This document shows, piece after piece, positions 62,649-64,000 of a stretch of 64,000 bases of DNA (the first letter of the stretch is position 1; each line of letters starts with the position of its first letter). The stretch comes from Oculina patagonica. Lineage: Eukaryota. The translations under genes were made by a program, and so were the position numbers. Location of the stretch: NCBI RefSeq assembly GCF_052425735.1, contig NC_135761.1, forward strand, positions 54,932,001-54,996,000. Direction: 5' to 3'. The notes under the pieces are model-generated. The model searched no databases and was not told the DNA's origin. It saw nothing but the letters and a program-made list of their open reading frames with translations.

Positions 62649-64000
62649 TTAGATTAGATTAGCTTAGCTTAGCTTAGCTTAGCTTCGCTTCGCTTCGCTT
62701 CGCCTAGCTTAGCTTAGNNNNNNNNNNNNNNNNNNNNNNNNNNNNNNNNNNNNNNNNNNNNNNNNNNNNNNNNNNNNNNNNNNNNNNNNNNNNNNNNNNN
62801 NNNNNNNNNNNNNNNNNNNNNNNNNNNNNNNNNNNNNNNNNNNNNNNNNNNNNNNNNNNNNNNNNNNNNNNNNNNNNNNNNNNNNNNNNNNNNNNNNNNN
62901 NNNNNNNNNNNNNNNNTTGTCCATCTTACCAACTAGCTTGCGCTTGGCCTTGTTCCTTGTTCCATTTAAAAAATCACCAAACTTGTAGACAGAGTGAAAA
63001 AAAAACATGGACTCAGAGTTTGGTGCCTTTTGAAACCCTCTTTTATTTCAGTTCAGTTTACAATCTTTTTGTCGTATTGCCCATCTGACCAACTCACTAA
63101 AATACCCAGTGTTAAACAATTTACGCCAGTCCAGTTCCGTGTCGGTAAATACTTCAGCGGCCGAGCGAAATCTTGCGTTTATGCCTGCAGGATGATAAAA
63201 ATATAAACAGTACTTAGACATTTGGAATACTACCCTACCCTAAGAGGAACCAAATTAGTTAATAGTAGAACAGAAATTACAGCGACAGCGAATGAATTTC
63301 AAAATTTCTTTAGTATTGGAAAACCTTCAATGTCAGCGCCTGAATTAAGAACACCGCCAAAACAGCAAATTGGCAACAAAGGGTCCGGTTTTTGTGCAAG
63401 GCCATTCTTTTGGCGTTCTGTTCTTGAGCAAGACACTATTCTCACATATCTCTTTCTCCACCCAAAAGTAATAAACGGATAAGAAATTATGCAATCTGAC
63501 AAGGGGGTTCTTTATGATTGGCAAGCATACTCTTAGCCAATCGGGAATAAGCGACGGAGGAAGGAGTTACTTGGAAACCCTCTTATTGCCAGAACATTCG
63601 TTCCTAATAGTCACGGAAAGTCGCCTTCGGCAAGCAGTAAGAGCAATTTTGGTGAATACTTTAAAATTTTCAAGGGAGTTACTGAAACAGAGCTGCAACG
63701 TCCGTTGCCAATATAGTAAAGTGTATCCAAAGAATAACAGTGACAAGAAGCAAGCAGTGACACGATCCTTACCGTGTGTGGCTCACGGCCAGGATTGTAT
63801 CACTGCTTGTTTCTCTCTGCCGTGCAAAATAATTTCATTTTTTCTAACAAACGGTGACTGTTAAGAATTTAAGTTTTATGTACGGTAATAGGGTGTTTGC
63901 TTACCAAAGCTATAAGCAGCAAATACAATTAAAATGGCAATGCCCCGAACGACAGCAGAAGATCCGTTCAATAGGTTTTTCCACCTGAAGGAAAATTGTT

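Noticed and set aside
62917-63880. Short ORFs near the right end (e.g. ..ANEFQNFFSIGK..)
   Set aside because: Weak resemblance to a decayed LINE ORF2 with multiple stops; too degraded to call.

Overview
Eukaryotic, AT-rich, intron-containing DNA with assembly gaps. The repeat content suggests a cnidarian, probably a scleractinian coral (inference). The left half holds one large minus-strand MUC4-like gene (Ser/Thr-rich mucin region, NIDO, AMOP, VWD with GDPH, EGF repeats) that runs off the left edge; 22 internal exons can be joined in frame at GT-AG sites. The main finding is at its 5' end: nine diverged copies of the same short ATG/signal-peptide first exon (64 nt in most, ending in phase 1) over 34 kb. 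Four lie downstream and five upstream of a 3006-nt poly-Ser/CxCP exon, so start-site choice could switch between short and long mucins. Two duplicated copies of that exon's splice acceptor lead instead into short terminal ORFs that could encode small secreted peptides. The right half has several nested transposons with exact TIRs and target-site duplications, and an MGNC-starting gene split by a 3.3-kb element.
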